64,000 nucleotides of DNA from Candidatus Eiseniibacteriota bacterium (lineage in GTDB: Bacteria > Eisenbacteria > RBG-16-71-46 > SZUA-252), in the NCBI GenBank assembly GCA_963703225.1, contig OY969801.1, positions 1,024,001-1,088,000 on the forward strand, given 5' to 3'. A program made the position numbers and the translations under genes. The notes below the pieces were generated by a model. The model made no database searches, was not told the DNA's origin, and saw only the letters and a list, made by a program, of their open reading frames with translations. The first letter of the stretch is position 1; the number at the start of each line of letters is the position of its first letter. Positions 50,424 through 60,680 of the stretch are shown here, piece after piece.

Positions 50424-51347
50424 TCAGATCCCGCGCGCTTGTCGCGCAGAGAGATCCGCCGCGAGGAAGCCGTTGACCTCTGGATATGGCGCGAGGTTGG
50501 CCAGACCTGAGAAGCTTCCATTCACCTTCAAGGTCTGAGCCGCACGCATGAAAGCTCCCCATCCCGCAAGGGCCAGCGCGCCGCCGACGCTGATGCGACG
50601 AACCCCGAGGGCCGCGATATCGGCGACCTTGAGCCCGATGTCGCCGACGACGAGAAGGTTGAGTGGTTTTGGGTGAACCGCTTCGACGAGAGCCTTGATA
50701 TCCTCGGGCTTCTGGGGGCCCGGCGCAAAGAGCACGTCGGCGCCCGCCTGCGCGTACGCCTGGAGACGGCGAATCGATTCGCGCAGGGGATCCGGATGGC
50801 CCACGAGGTAGCACTCAGCCCTTGCCGTCAGCAACACCCCGCCGCCGGATCGATCAATGGCCTCCCGCGCTGCCCGGACCCGCTCGACCGCAAGCGGCAG
50901 CTCGTACAGGGGAGTTGCCGCGTCCGCGGTGGCGTCCTCGACCGATAGCCCTGCAACTCCAGTCGCCACGCATCGAGCGACGCTCTCCGCCACGTCGGAC
51001 GGATCCTTCCCATAGCCCGAAGAGAAGTCGGCATTGACCGGCACTTCGACCGCGGCGGCAATGGCCGCGATGTTTGCCAGGCTCCGGTCTCGGGTCAGGG
51101 CGACATCGGTATCGGGCAGCCCCTGGGAAAACGCGAAGCCGGCGCTGGTCGTCGCTAGGGCAGGGAACCCCAGGTGCTGAAGATATCGCGCGGAGCCGAC
51201 ATCCCAAGGATTCGGAATAACGAAGCAACCCCGTTCGTGAAGGGCGCGGAATGCCTGCCGCCGTGCGTTGAACGCGGCACGCAGCTCCGGGCTGACTTCC
51301 GGATTGGCCATGGTCGGGGCCTCGCCGACCATCGTGTGTGTGGTCAT
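50424..51347 (-). CDS. Isocitrate lyase/PEP mutase family protein
   Basis: PNPWDVGSA, ATTSAG, PVNADF, SVED, LTARAE, RRISVG. Confidence 0.92.
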   Translation of the reverse strand: MTTHTMVGEAPTMANPEVSPELRAAFNARRQAFRALHERGCFVIPNPWDVGSARYLQHLGFPALATTSAGFAFSQGLPDTDVALTRDRSLANIAAIAAAVEVPVNADFSSGYGKDPSDVAESVARCVATGVAGLSVEDATADAATPLYELPLAVERVRAAREAIDRSGGGVLLTARAECYLVGHPDPLRESIRRLQAYAQAGADVLFAPGPQKPEDIKALVEAVHPKPLNLLVVGDIGLKVADIAALGVRRISVGGALALAGWGAFMRAAQTLKVNGSFSGLANLAPYPEVNGFLAADLSARQARGI

Positions 51348-51356
51348 ATTCCCCCC

Positions 51357-52040
51357 TTACTCCTCAAACGGTGCGTTCATGAGGAAGTCCACGGTGGACG
51401 GTGCTTTGTAGCCTGGAACGAAGCGCTCCCCGAAGTCGCGCGCAAAATTGTCGTATGTGGTCGCGGGCCGGGTTCTGATGATGGCGCATACCGAATCGGT
51501 GAACGACCTCTTCATGTCAAGGCGAGGAAATGCGGCGAGGACGCCCTTCATCTCGTCCGGCGGGATCTGGTCGTACTGGAGCCCGCCGAAGTCTAGAGCG
51601 ATCCCGGCCGTGCTGAGCGCGACCTCCGTCTCCTTGTAGAAGGCGATCGAGGGCGTGGAATTCAGCGCGACGGTATCCCAGACCAATTGCACGCGGCGGT
51701 CGTCGAGGCCTTGCTCTCGCCCGAATTTCCGAGCAGCGTCCGCTCCCTCGATCTCGAAGCGCCTCGGACCCGTGAAGTGTTCCGTGAGCCCGAGGTCGTG
51801 GAGGAGGGTGGCGACGGCGACCACCTCCGGGTCGTGCTGTATTCCCTGGAGCTGTCCGAGCCGGACCGCGAAGAGCCAGGATCGGACTGCATGGTTGAAA
51901 AGAGACGGTTCCGAGTGAGCCCGGGCAAATTCCATAGCCCGGCTGATGAGGGGTGTGTCGACCACGGTAATGCCGGCAAGGACTCGGGTCTCTCCGCCCG
52001 TTCGAGTCGGCGCCGCTGTTGACCCGGTTGGTGCGTTCAT
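51357..52040 (-). CDS. HD domain protein (cyanamide hydratase-like)
   Basis: LFNHAVRS, LLHDLG, RFEIEGAD. Confidence 0.88.
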   Translation of the reverse strand: MNAPTGSTAAPTRTGGETRVLAGITVVDTPLISRAMEFARAHSEPSLFNHAVRSWLFAVRLGQLQGIQHDPEVVAVATLLHDLGLTEHFTGPRRFEIEGADAARKFGREQGLDDRRVQLVWDTVALNSTPSIAFYKETEVALSTAGIALDFGGLQYDQIPPDEMKGVLAAFPRLDMKRSFTDSVCAIIRTRPATTYDNFARDFGERFVPGYKAPSTVDFLMNAPFEE

Positions 52041-52068
52041 GTCAATGGTCTCCTATAGCAAGCGCTCG

Positions 52069-52917
52069 TTATGCCTTGAGGAACGCGAGCAACTCGGCGT
52101 TGATCTGGTCTTGATGCGTGCCGGTGAGGCCGTGCGGCGCGCCCGGGTAGTAGACGTCCTTGGCGCCCTTGATGAGACGAGCCGACTTCCTGGCGGAGTC
52201 CTTCACCGGAACGATCTGGTCGTCCTCGCCGTGGAGCACCAGAGTGGGCACGTCGAACTTCTTGAGGTCCTCGGTGAAGTCGGTCTCGGAGAAGGCCTTG
52301 ATGCACTCGTAGGCGTTCTTGAGGCCGGACTGCATGCTCCAGGTCCAGAACTGGTCGAGCAGGCCTTGCGAGACCTTGGCGCCAGGCCGGTTGGCTCCGT
52401 AGAAGGGCACCGCGAACTCCTTGTAGAACTGAGAGCGGTCCTTGGCGAGGCCCGCGCGCAGCCCGTCGAACACCTCGATGGGCAACCCCTCGGGGTTGGC
52501 GGCGGTCTTCAGCATGAGCGGCGGCACCGCGGCGATGAGGACGGCCTTGGCGACCCGGCTCGTTCCGTGCCGGCCGATGTAGCGCGCGACTTCTCCGCCT
52601 CCGGTGGAGTGGCCCACCAGGGTGGCTTGCTTCAAATCGAGCGCCTCGATCACAGCCGCCAGATCGTCCGCGTAGGTGTCCATGTCATTGCCGGATGAGG
52701 CCTGGCTGGACCGGCCGTGGCCGCGGCGGTCGTGCGCGACCACGCGGTAGCCGTTCTGCGCGAGGAAGAGCATCTGCCCGTCCCAAGCGTCGGCGTTCAG
52801 CGGCCAACCGTGGGAGAAGGTCACGACAGGGCCCTTGCCCCAGTCCTTGTAATAGATCTGTGTGCCGTCCTTGGTCGTGATCGTGGTGGCGGTGCGTTCG
52901 GCAGTCATTGTGCTCAT
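52069..52917 (-). CDS. cpo: Non-heme chloroperoxidase / arylesterase (alpha/beta hydrolase)
   Basis: [40 protein letters not shown]. Confidence 0.92.
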   Translation of the reverse strand: MSTMTAERTATTITTKDGTQIYYKDWGKGPVVTFSHGWPLNADAWDGQMLFLAQNGYRVVAHDRRGHGRSSQASSGNDMDTYADDLAAVIEALDLKQATLVGHSTGGGEVARYIGRHGTSRVAKAVLIAAVPPLMLKTAANPEGLPIEVFDGLRAGLAKDRSQFYKEFAVPFYGANRPGAKVSQGLLDQFWTWSMQSGLKNAYECIKAFSETDFTEDLKKFDVPTLVLHGEDDQIVPVKDSARKSARLIKGAKDVYYPGAPHGLTGTHQDQINAELLAFLKA

Positions 52918-54015
52918 GGTCATCTCCTCCATGGTTATCGTTGCAAGAGACAGAGGCATTCGCCCGCTGAGTCATCGCAACAACCCTTGCTGCGCGCGTA
53001 CACACCATCCCGTGCGGCATGCGGAGGCGCGCGACGTTCGTCAATGTGCTGGGGCAATGAATATTGTAGCGGTCAGCTTCCATCGAGGGACCCGTTTCGG
53101 AGGACGTCGGCGACTTGGGAATTCTAGTCTGTTCGGGTTCTCGTGTCACTTGGGCAAGGTAGGGAAGCCGGACTTCAGGGCGGGCTCCCGCGCCTGCAGG
53201 GAAGGGGGACGACACGGGTGAACGGCAAAGAGTTCTCGACCTGCTGGATACTGGTGGTGCACGCCGCGAACTGGAACGAGCTGGCAGGAGCTCGCGGAGC
53301 ACAATTCAGTACGCCCCAGAGGGTTGAGCCTTCTGGGGCGCTCCCGTGGATTTGTAACATCCGCGCCAAACGGGGCCTGTTACACCCCCCGTCCTCGCTG
53401 GCGGCGGACGGACGTCCCGTGGTCAAGCCTCTCTCCAGGGTGGGCGACAACAACTTCGCGGTGTTCGGGATGATCAGCGTGCGTACCTCGCAGGAAAGTG
53501 TCCTGGTGCTAGGCGCGTCTCGAGAAAACATGTTATGTTACGCGCCATAAGTTGGGGCGTCTTGTGCCCCACGGACCCTTCCGCGCAGCCAACCCACCCG
53601 CCTCGACATGATGGCCATTGACCGCGGCATTTATCCGGTGCGAGCATTGCTGCGTCGTCCGTGGGGGACGTAGCCCCCGAGTTCAGGACCGATCGGATCG
53701 GTGAGATTCCGCCGGACATCCCGCCAGCCACTACCATGACGATTAGCCTCGGCAACGTGTCCGAGTTCGGGACCGGCGCACTCGGAACTCAGATCCAGGA
53801 TCAGACCGCGTATTCGGGCTTCGGAGTCACCGCCGACGACATCAGCGCCGCGACCATCACCGATCCAACCATCACCTTCGTACCCCGGCCTTGCTCCGGT
53901 CCCTTCCCAGAACCGACACCATTGGATCGATGCTCCACCTCGAGCCGGCAGTGGGAGCGCAGCATCGAAACGTGCGGGTGGGGTGCGGTCGCGCTCCAGC
54001 CGGAAAGGAGGAGTC

Positions 54016-54279
54016 ATGAACCACGGACCGTTTTATCGCTCGGCCGACCTCGTTGCGGCCGTCCATCGAGCCGAGGGCGGGATCTTTGCCAGTTTTCGCG
54101 CCGCGCATGCGTTCGGCCGTTTCTACGCGGGCAGATTCACAGCGACCCCTGCGGCGAAGACGCTCTCTCGAGCGGCACACTTCCAGGGTACCCCTGTGCC
54201 GGTGAGCGTGCGGTTCTCGGGCGCCGCCGGCGATCCCGGGAAGACGCCCTCATCCGACCGCGCTGTCGGAAGAGGCTGA
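54016..54279 (+). pseudogene. N-terminal fragment of a catalase-related peroxidase
   Basis: AAGGAGGAG RBS; FRAAHAFG..G.F and PVSVRFSGAAGDP; stops after about 87 aa. Confidence 0.7.
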
Positions 54280-54564
54280 CGAAGTGCCGCGCGGCGCCTA
54301 CTTCCTGTTCATCAGCGCGAAGGCAATGGCCACGATCGAGTTTCTGCAACAAGAGTGGGTCAACGACGGCGATTTCATTGGGATGAGCGGAGAGCGTGAC
54401 CCGCTTATCGGTTTGCAGGAGGAAGGGGCGACGTTCACGATTCCAAGGGAGCCGGTGAGGCAGCGCGTCCACGGCATTGAAACGTTCAACGTGCTTCGGG
54501 GGGGGAGTACTTCTTCATGCCGAGTTTGTCTGCTTTGAAGTGGTTGGGTGAGCTCGGACCGTAG
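54280..54564 (+). pseudogene. C-terminal fragment of a DyP-type peroxidase (frameshift in G-run)
   Basis: EFLQQEWVNDGDF..ERDPLIG...FTIP...FNVLRGG/EYFFMPSLSALKWL; G8 run at 54498-54505. Confidence 0.75.
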
Positions 54565-54590
54565 TAATTCCACCAACGGGGGGAGTGTCC

Positions 54591-55382
54591 ATGAACACGA
54601 TCAGCAACGGCCCTATTCGGGAGTGGGTTGCAACCATGGCGGTCAGCCTTGCCTTCTTGGTCGCCGGGATGCCCGCCCGGACCGCGTCCGCGGCGCCGGT
54701 AAAGAACATCGTCCTTGTCCACGGCGCCTTCGCGGATGGATCGAGCTGGATCAAAGTGATCCCGATCCTCCAGGCCAAGGGCTACAACGTCACGTCGGTT
54801 CAGAATCCCCTAACGTCCTTCGCCGATGACGTGGCGGCGACCGACCGGGCTCTCGCTCTGCAGGACGGTCCGGTCATCCTCGTCGGCCACTCCTGGGGCG
54901 GCGTGGTCATCACCGAAGCGGGTGTGGATCCCAAGGTGGTGGGCCTCGTCTACGTGGCGGCCTTCGGGCCCGATTCGACAGAAGTGGTCGGAGACATCGG
55001 GAAGGCTTATCCGCCGCCGCCCGCCTTCGCGGCCCCCATCGTGGACAAGCAGGGCTTCATGAGCATGCCGGCCGAAGCGTTCGTGAAGCACTTTGCGCTG
55101 GACCTGCCCGAGGCTGATGCGCGCGTCGCCGCCGCGGTGCAGATCCCGATCATCGCATCAGCCTTCGGCACCAAGGTCTCGAAGGTCGCGTGGAAGACGA
55201 AGCCGTCCTGGTACATCGTATCCAAGCGGGACGAGGCGATCGCGCCAGACGAGGAGCGTTTCTTCGCGAAGCGCATGAAGGCCACGACCACGGAGCTGAA
55301 CACGAGCCACGTGGGAATGCTTTCGCAGCCCGAGGCGGTGGCGGCCGTCATCATGGACGCGGCCGCGAAGGCAGCACACTAG
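54591..55382 (+). CDS. Exported alpha/beta hydrolase (Abhydrolase_6)
   Basis: Signal peptide; LVHGAFADG, GHSWGG, TSH. Confidence 0.9.
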   Translation: MNTISNGPIREWVATMAVSLAFLVAGMPARTASAAPVKNIVLVHGAFADGSSWIKVIPILQAKGYNVTSVQNPLTSFADDVAATDRALALQDGPVILVGHSWGGVVITEAGVDPKVVGLVYVAAFGPDSTEVVGDIGKAYPPPPAFAAPIVDKQGFMSMPAEAFVKHFALDLPEADARVAAAVQIPIIASAFGTKVSKVAWKTKPSWYIVSKRDEAIAPDEERFFAKRMKATTTELNTSHVGMLSQPEAVAAVIMDAAAKAAH

Positions 55383-55440
55383 GAGTGGTTGGGTCGCGGG
55401 TCGCGCACGCCGCTCTCGGGCTTGCTTCGCGGAGATGCCT

Positions 55441-56748
55441 ATGTCCGAAATCACCGGTCGAAGTCGTCGTCGTTTCTTCGGTATCGCCGCGGCAACGCTT
55501 GCCGCCGGTCCGTCAGGACTTCTCAGTCCTTCCAGGAGGGTCGAGACAATGACTCAAGCCGCCACCGAAGTGGGAACCACAATCCGTCCGTTCACGGTGA
55601 GCTTTCCGAACGAAGACCTCAGGGACCTGCGTAAGCGCGTCAAGGCGACACGATGGCCCGGCAAGGAAACGGTCAACGACGAAACCCAGGGCGTCCGACT
55701 CGCGACGATGCAGAAGCTCGCGCAGTACTGGGCCAACGAGCATGATTGGAGCAAGTGCGAGGCGAAGCTGAACTCGTTCCCGCACTTCATCACCGAGATC
55801 GACGGGCTGGACATTCACTTCATCCACGTGCGCTCGAAGCACGAGAACGCGCTGCCGGTCATCATCACGCACGGCTGGCCGGGCTCGATCATCGAGCAGC
55901 TGAAGATCATCGAGCCGCTGACCAATCCGACGGCCCACGGCGGGAGCGCCGCGGACGCGTTTCACCTGGTAATTCCGTCGATGCCGGGCTACGGATTTTC
56001 CGGCAAGCCGACCACGACCGGCTGGGGCCCCGAACGCATTGCCCGGGCATGGGCCACCCTCATGGAACGCCTGGGATACCAGCGCTACGCGGCGCAAGGC
56101 GGCGATTGGGGTGCGCTCATCGTCGACATGATGGGGGTGCAGGCACCGCCAGGACTGATTGGCATTCACACCAACATGGCCGGTGCGATTCCGCCCGAGA
56201 TTGATGCGGCGGCTTTTGCCGGCGCAGCGCCGCCTTCCGGCCTCGACGAAGAGGAGAAAGAGGCTTTCAATCACGTCGCCTTCTTCTACAAGTATGGCCT
56301 CGGTTATGCCCAGGAGATGGGGCACCGGCCGCAGACGCTGTATGGGATCGAAGATTCTCCGATCGGCTTGGCCGCGTGGATTATCGATCACGATATCTGG
56401 ACCTACCGGCAAATCGCTCGCGTGTTCGACGGCGCCGCCGAGGGCCTGACGCGGGACGATATCCTCGACAACATCACCCTCTACTGGCTGACCAACACGG
56501 GCGTATCGTCGGCTCGCCTATACTGGGAAAACAAGATGGCCTTCTTCGCTCCGAAGGGGGTCGCGATCCCTGTCGTTGTGAGCGCTTTCCCGGAAGAGAT
56601 CTGCCCGGTTCCGCGAAAGTGGGCCGAAAGGGCCTATCCCAAGTTGGCCTACTATAAGCGCCATCCGAAAGGCGCGCACTTTGCCGCGTGGGAGCAGCCG
56701 CAGGCGATCGTGGATGATCTTCGCGCAGGTTTCAAGTCGCTGCGGTAG
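55441..56748 (+). CDS. Epoxide hydrolase (EHN + alpha/beta hydrolase), possible Tat signal
   Basis: IHFIHVRS, HGWPGS, QGGDWG, HFAAWEQP; SRRRFF N-terminus. Confidence 0.92.
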   Translation: MSEITGRSRRRFFGIAAATLAAGPSGLLSPSRRVETMTQAATEVGTTIRPFTVSFPNEDLRDLRKRVKATRWPGKETVNDETQGVRLATMQKLAQYWANEHDWSKCEAKLNSFPHFITEIDGLDIHFIHVRSKHENALPVIITHGWPGSIIEQLKIIEPLTNPTAHGGSAADAFHLVIPSMPGYGFSGKPTTTGWGPERIARAWATLMERLGYQRYAAQGGDWGALIVDMMGVQAPPGLIGIHTNMAGAIPPEIDAAAFAGAAPPSGLDEEEKEAFNHVAFFYKYGLGYAQEMGHRPQTLYGIEDSPIGLAAWIIDHDIWTYRQIARVFDGAAEGLTRDDILDNITLYWLTNTGVSSARLYWENKMAFFAPKGVAIPVVVSAFPEEICPVPRKWAERAYPKLAYYKRHPKGAHFAAWEQPQAIVDDLRAGFKSLR

Positions 56749-56835
56749 TTCAAGGTAGTTCAACAGGTTGTACGGTGGATGGCGCGCCAGTTGCGCGTCA
56801 TCCGCCGGGTACCGGATCTCAAAGGAGAGAATACA

Positions 56836-57243
56836 ATGAACCGGTCTATCCAGACGCTTTCCGAGGACACCGCGATCGCCGCTGGTGCTCTTGCCCAGAG
56901 CACGGTCGTCCCCGTCGATAATGAGCCCGCGCCCAGGCTGACCGTGGAGCCGCCGCTCCCCGGTCCGTTGGCCCAGGGCGTCGTCTTCATCCCGTACCGG
57001 GTGGAGAACTTGCGCGTCCTTCCCGTGGCAGGGCCGGCCGCGCGCAACGTGTCTCCCCGCGTCGGCCATCTGCACATCACGGTCGACGACCTGCCGTGGC
57101 TGTGGGCGGATTTCGGCCAGAGCAACACCATCGTTCTGGTGGGCATGCCGCGCGGCCAGCACAAGGTGCTGATCGAGCTGGTTGATGCCGAAGGCAACGT
57201 CTTTACCGCACAAACGGTGACGTTCCACTCGCCGGGCAAATAG
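56836..57243 (+). CDS. DUF6130-like protein
   Basis: AAGGAG RBS; VSPRVGHLHITVDD.PW.WAD and GQHKVLIELVD. Confidence 0.7.
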   Translation: MNRSIQTLSEDTAIAAGALAQSTVVPVDNEPAPRLTVEPPLPGPLAQGVVFIPYRVENLRVLPVAGPAARNVSPRVGHLHITVDDLPWLWADFGQSNTIVLVGMPRGQHKVLIELVDAEGNVFTAQTVTFHSPGK

Positions 57244-57295
57244 GCTCGCCCATGAAGGTGCACAAGCCAACGATGCGCAACTTCGGGAGCGCCGT

Positions 57296-57823
57296 ATGAA
57301 GTGGATTCCTCCTATGCTGGTCGCGGTGGTAGCGCTGGTCTGCGTGGTTGCCGCCCAGGCCCCCACATCGCAACGCACCGATGAAGCGGCCGCCGCGATC
57401 GCCGGAGGCAAGCTTCCCGCGGGATACCGCGACTGGCGGTTGATCTCCGTGGCCCGCGAGGAAGGCGGCCTCGACGACATCCGTGCCATCCTGGGCAACG
57501 ACGCGGCGATCAGGGCCTACCGGGAAGGCACGCGGCCGTTCCCCGACGGCACCATCATCGCCCGCCTTGCCTGGAGTTACGAGTCGTCGGAAGAGAACAA
57601 CAAGGCGTTTGGCCGGCGCCAATCGTTCGTTGCCGGGCACCCGAAGAACGGCGTCCAGTTCATGGTCAAGGACTCCAAGAAGTACGCTTCGACCGGAGGT
57701 TGGAGCTATGCACAGTTTGAGGACGGCAAACCCCTCCTCGACGTGGCAAAGCTCCAGAGCTGCTTCGAGTGCCACCTGGCCTTCAAAGATCACGACTATG
57801 TCTTCACTCGTTACACGCCCTGA
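57296..57823 (+). CDS. Cytochrome P460 / c'-beta family protein
   Basis: Signal peptide; P.GYRDW, FPDGTII, MVKDS, GGW.YA.F, CFECH, DYVFT. Confidence 0.88.
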   Translation: MKWIPPMLVAVVALVCVVAAQAPTSQRTDEAAAAIAGGKLPAGYRDWRLISVAREEGGLDDIRAILGNDAAIRAYREGTRPFPDGTIIARLAWSYESSEENNKAFGRRQSFVAGHPKNGVQFMVKDSKKYASTGGWSYAQFEDGKPLLDVAKLQSCFECHLAFKDHDYVFTRYTP

Positions 57824-57868
57824 TGGACGGCGCCTGCTTCCCTGGCCTAAACATCGACGAGGTGCACG

Positions 57869-58390
57869 ATGAGTCAGCCCGCCCGAATCTCGACGTCAGG
57901 CCCCACGATCTCTTCTGCCGGTTACGACGTCTCGCCCCTGAGCGAGGAGGAGGTCATGGACCTCGCAAAGTCGCTGAGCGCGGAGGAGCGCCGGGTTCTC
58001 ATGCAGCACGGCACCGAGCCACCGTTCTGCGGCAATCTCCTCGACAACAAGAAGCAGGGGACGTACACCTGTCGCCTGTGCGGGCTGCCGCTGTTCGCGT
58101 CCAAGGCGAAGTTCGAGTCCGGCACCGGCTGGCCCAGCTTCTTCCAGCCGGTCGACCGCGCCCATATCGCATACATCGAGGACCGCAGCCACGGCATGGA
58201 CCGCACCGAGATCCGCTGCGCCCGCTGCGGCGGCCACCTCGGTCACGTTTTCCCCGACGGGCCGCCGCCGACCCGCGAGCGCTACTGCCTCAATTCCGTC
58301 TCGATGGAGTTCGTCGACGGCGGGCAGCCCCTGCCGCGCAGGACCAGGACGGATCGCGCGGCCGAGTCGTCACGTGCCACCGGAGGTTGA
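57869..58390 (+). CDS. msrB: Peptide-methionine (R)-S-oxide reductase MsrB, copy 1
   Basis: [38 protein letters not shown]. Confidence 0.95.
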   Translation: MSQPARISTSGPTISSAGYDVSPLSEEEVMDLAKSLSAEERRVLMQHGTEPPFCGNLLDNKKQGTYTCRLCGLPLFASKAKFESGTGWPSFFQPVDRAHIAYIEDRSHGMDRTEIRCARCGGHLGHVFPDGPPPTRERYCLNSVSMEFVDGGQPLPRRTRTDRAAESSRATGG

Positions 58391-58431
58391 TCCCCATGCT
58401 TCACCGACATGAATCGCGGCCGAGGGGCACT

Positions 58432-58671
58432 GTGAGCGACCTTGTAGCTGTCTTTGAAACGGGGGATCCAGGTCTTGTTGCCCTAGCCAAGTCTCTGTTG
58501 GATTCGGCAGGGATTGACTTCGCCACGAGAGGGGACGCGCTTCAGGACTTGTTTGGCGTGGGGCGGTTCCCGGGCCGGACGAATCTGGTGACGGGGCCCG
58601 TGGTGTTCCAGGTGAGGCTCAACGATGCGGAAAAGGCGAGATCCATCCTTCGCGATCTCCGGACCGAATAG
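58432..58671 (+). CDS. DUF2007-like small protein
   Basis: ALAKSLLDSAGI and V...DAEKARSIL pattern. Confidence 0.7.
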   Translation: MSDLVAVFETGDPGLVALAKSLLDSAGIDFATRGDALQDLFGVGRFPGRTNLVTGPVVFQVRLNDAEKARSILRDLRTE

Positions 58672-58707
58672 CGCGAGGGGGCGGCACGAGGGGCGGAGCG
58701 AGTTCCG

Positions 58708-59988
58708 TCACCGGATCCGGACCAGCTTGGCCACTTCTGACTTACCGGCCGTGCTGAGACGGGCCAGATAGATCCCCGAGGCGAGGCGGTGCACGCTCCA
58801 GCTTATCTCGTTCGGTCCCGAGGGCCGCGTCTCATCCACGGCGGCCGCGACGCGGCGGCCGGACACATTGAAGACATCGATCCGCACACGTGCCGCCCGC
58901 GGTAGCTGGAACCGGAAGCGCACATCGTCCTGCGTGGGCCGGGGCCCCACGATCGCGAAGCGCAGGCCGACCGAACCGCCGCCATCCGGTGCGGGAGCGC
59001 CTGCGATCGTGGCGATGGATCGCCGCCACAGGCCATCCACTCGCCCCGCGTAGAGCTGATCGCCGATGACGGTGATGCCGTAGGTGAAGGTGCCTGGCAG
59101 AGCGTCCAGCACCTGCCAGGTCACGCCATCGTCGTTGCTGTACTCGATGCCGGTGCCTTCTCCGCTGGCGAAGTGCGTGAAGACGATACGGCCGCTAAGC
59201 GCGAAGGACGCAAAGAGGGTGGGGTGGAGCCCGAAATCGGTGTAGGTCCACGGCGAATCCCCCTGAGCGCTGTGGAACGCCCCGATGTTCGTCCCCACGA
59301 GCCAGGAATGCCCCGTCCAGACGGCAGAGAGCGGAGCGAGCCCTGCGGCCAGGCGGTCGTTGAAGAGCAGCGACTCCGACCAATCCGCGTCTCCTCGGTC
59401 TCGGAAGAACACGTCACCATTGAAGCCGGCAGATGCAAGCAGCCGGGTCGGTGACCCCGCGATCCCTTCCATGTTCCCAGCCTGCGCTCGCTCGAGGAAG
59501 TTTCCATAGTGCGACCAGGTTCCCGGTCCCGCGAGAGTGCGCAACCAGGGTCCGGACCCCTCGGTTGCGGCGTAAAGGCTGTCCCCCCGGACCAGCAGGT
59601 CCATGATGGCGAGTTGGGAGTTGGCGAATCCGCCGACCAGCCCTTGGTTGAAGTCCTGCCAGGTCGCGCCCAGGTCCGCGCTGACGAATACCCCTTTGTT
59701 GCGAGTGCCAGCATAGAGCAGACCGTTGTGAACCCTCACGGCTTTGACTTGGAACAGGCCGCTCGCCACCGCGGCGGTCGTGGTCCAGTCGGCGCCTCCA
59801 TTGGTGCTCACGAACACCGCGCTGTCGGATCCGGCGACGATCGTCGACCCGTCGGTCCACACGGAGTAGATGTTCGCGATCGGGACCTCGCTGACGCGCG
59901 TCCACTGCGCCGACGCTGGGGACGGGGCCACGATTACCGCGAAAGACGCGAGCAAACCAGCAACATGACCTCTCGATGTCGCTCTCAT
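58708..59988 (-). CDS. Secreted BNR/beta-propeller protein with FlgD-Ig/T9SS-like C-terminal domain
   Basis: Signal peptide; Asp-boxes (STNGGADW, SADLGATW, SNDDGVTW); VFNVSGRRV...LASGIYLARL tail. Confidence 0.85.
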   Translation of the reverse strand: MRATSRGHVAGLLASFAVIVAPSPASAQWTRVSEVPIANIYSVWTDGSTIVAGSDSAVFVSTNGGADWTTTAAVASGLFQVKAVRVHNGLLYAGTRNKGVFVSADLGATWQDFNQGLVGGFANSQLAIMDLLVRGDSLYAATEGSGPWLRTLAGPGTWSHYGNFLERAQAGNMEGIAGSPTRLLASAGFNGDVFFRDRGDADWSESLLFNDRLAAGLAPLSAVWTGHSWLVGTNIGAFHSAQGDSPWTYTDFGLHPTLFASFALSGRIVFTHFASGEGTGIEYSNDDGVTWQVLDALPGTFTYGITVIGDQLYAGRVDGLWRRSIATIAGAPAPDGGGSVGLRFAIVGPRPTQDDVRFRFQLPRAARVRIDVFNVSGRRVAAAVDETRPSGPNEISWSVHRLASGIYLARLSTAGKSEVAKLVRIR

Positions 59989-60058
59989 GACCCCTCCCAC
60001 GCTCTGCTTGAAAGTCGACGCTCGTGCAAATTCGGATGCTGGCCCGGATGAGGAGATG

Positions 60059-60076
60059 CGTAACATTTTTGTTACG
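60059..60076. promoter_or_regulatory. Perfect inverted repeat CGTAACA-N4-TGTTACG in a divergent intergenic region (putative operator)
   Basis: Direct sequence palindrome. Confidence 0.5.
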
Positions 60077-60132
60077 TGTGACGAGGGTCACTTCTCGACG
60101 CTCCATGGGAGGGGATGTTAAAATCGTCCCCG

Positions 60133-60663
60133 ATGGACACGACCTTCAAGACAACGGCTTGGCGTCAGTTCGGGGCGGCTATCGACATGCTCGAGAATGC
60201 GGTTGTCGCCTGTCCCGATCACGTCTGGAGCGACCCTTCCCAACGACCCGAGTGGCCGGAGAAGGATGTGGTCGGGTATTGGTATCTCGTCTACCACACG
60301 CTCTTCTGGCTGGACTATTACCTGTCCGACGACCCGAAGGGATTCAAGCCGCCGCCGCCGTTCACGCTCGATGAGATGGATCCGGCAGGATTACTCCCGG
60401 AGCGGCCCTACACGAAAGAGGAGCTGCTCGCATATCTCGAGCATGGCCGCCGGAAGTGTCGCGCCACAATCCAAGCGCTCGACGAGATCCGTGGATTCCA
60501 GACCAGGGCCGCCACGCGCGACGGACTAAACGCAGCGGAGTTGCTTCTCCACAACATGCGACACGTGCAGCATCACACCGCTCAGCTGAATCTGATCATG
60601 CGCCAGAAGGTCGGGGTGAACGTGGGCTGGGTTTCGAAGACGAAGACGGATCTCGGCGGCTAG
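60133..60663 (+). CDS. DinB family protein
   Basis: WYLVYHTLFWLDYY and NMRHVQHHTAQL. Confidence 0.88.
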   Translation: MDTTFKTTAWRQFGAAIDMLENAVVACPDHVWSDPSQRPEWPEKDVVGYWYLVYHTLFWLDYYLSDDPKGFKPPPPFTLDEMDPAGLLPERPYTKEELLAYLEHGRRKCRATIQALDEIRGFQTRAATRDGLNAAELLLHNMRHVQHHTAQLNLIMRQKVGVNVGWVSKTKTDLGG

Positions 60664-60680
60664 CCCGCAAAGAAGAAGGC

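Noticed and set aside
49639..50814. 391-aa long version of the SDR ORF
   Set aside because: The extension overlaps the PEP mutase gene; the Rossmann motif and RBS place the start at 50394.
53661..54386. 241-aa ORF as a real gene
   Set aside because: It reads through the catalase fragment in the wrong frame; only the first ~75 codons look protein-like and I cannot assign them.
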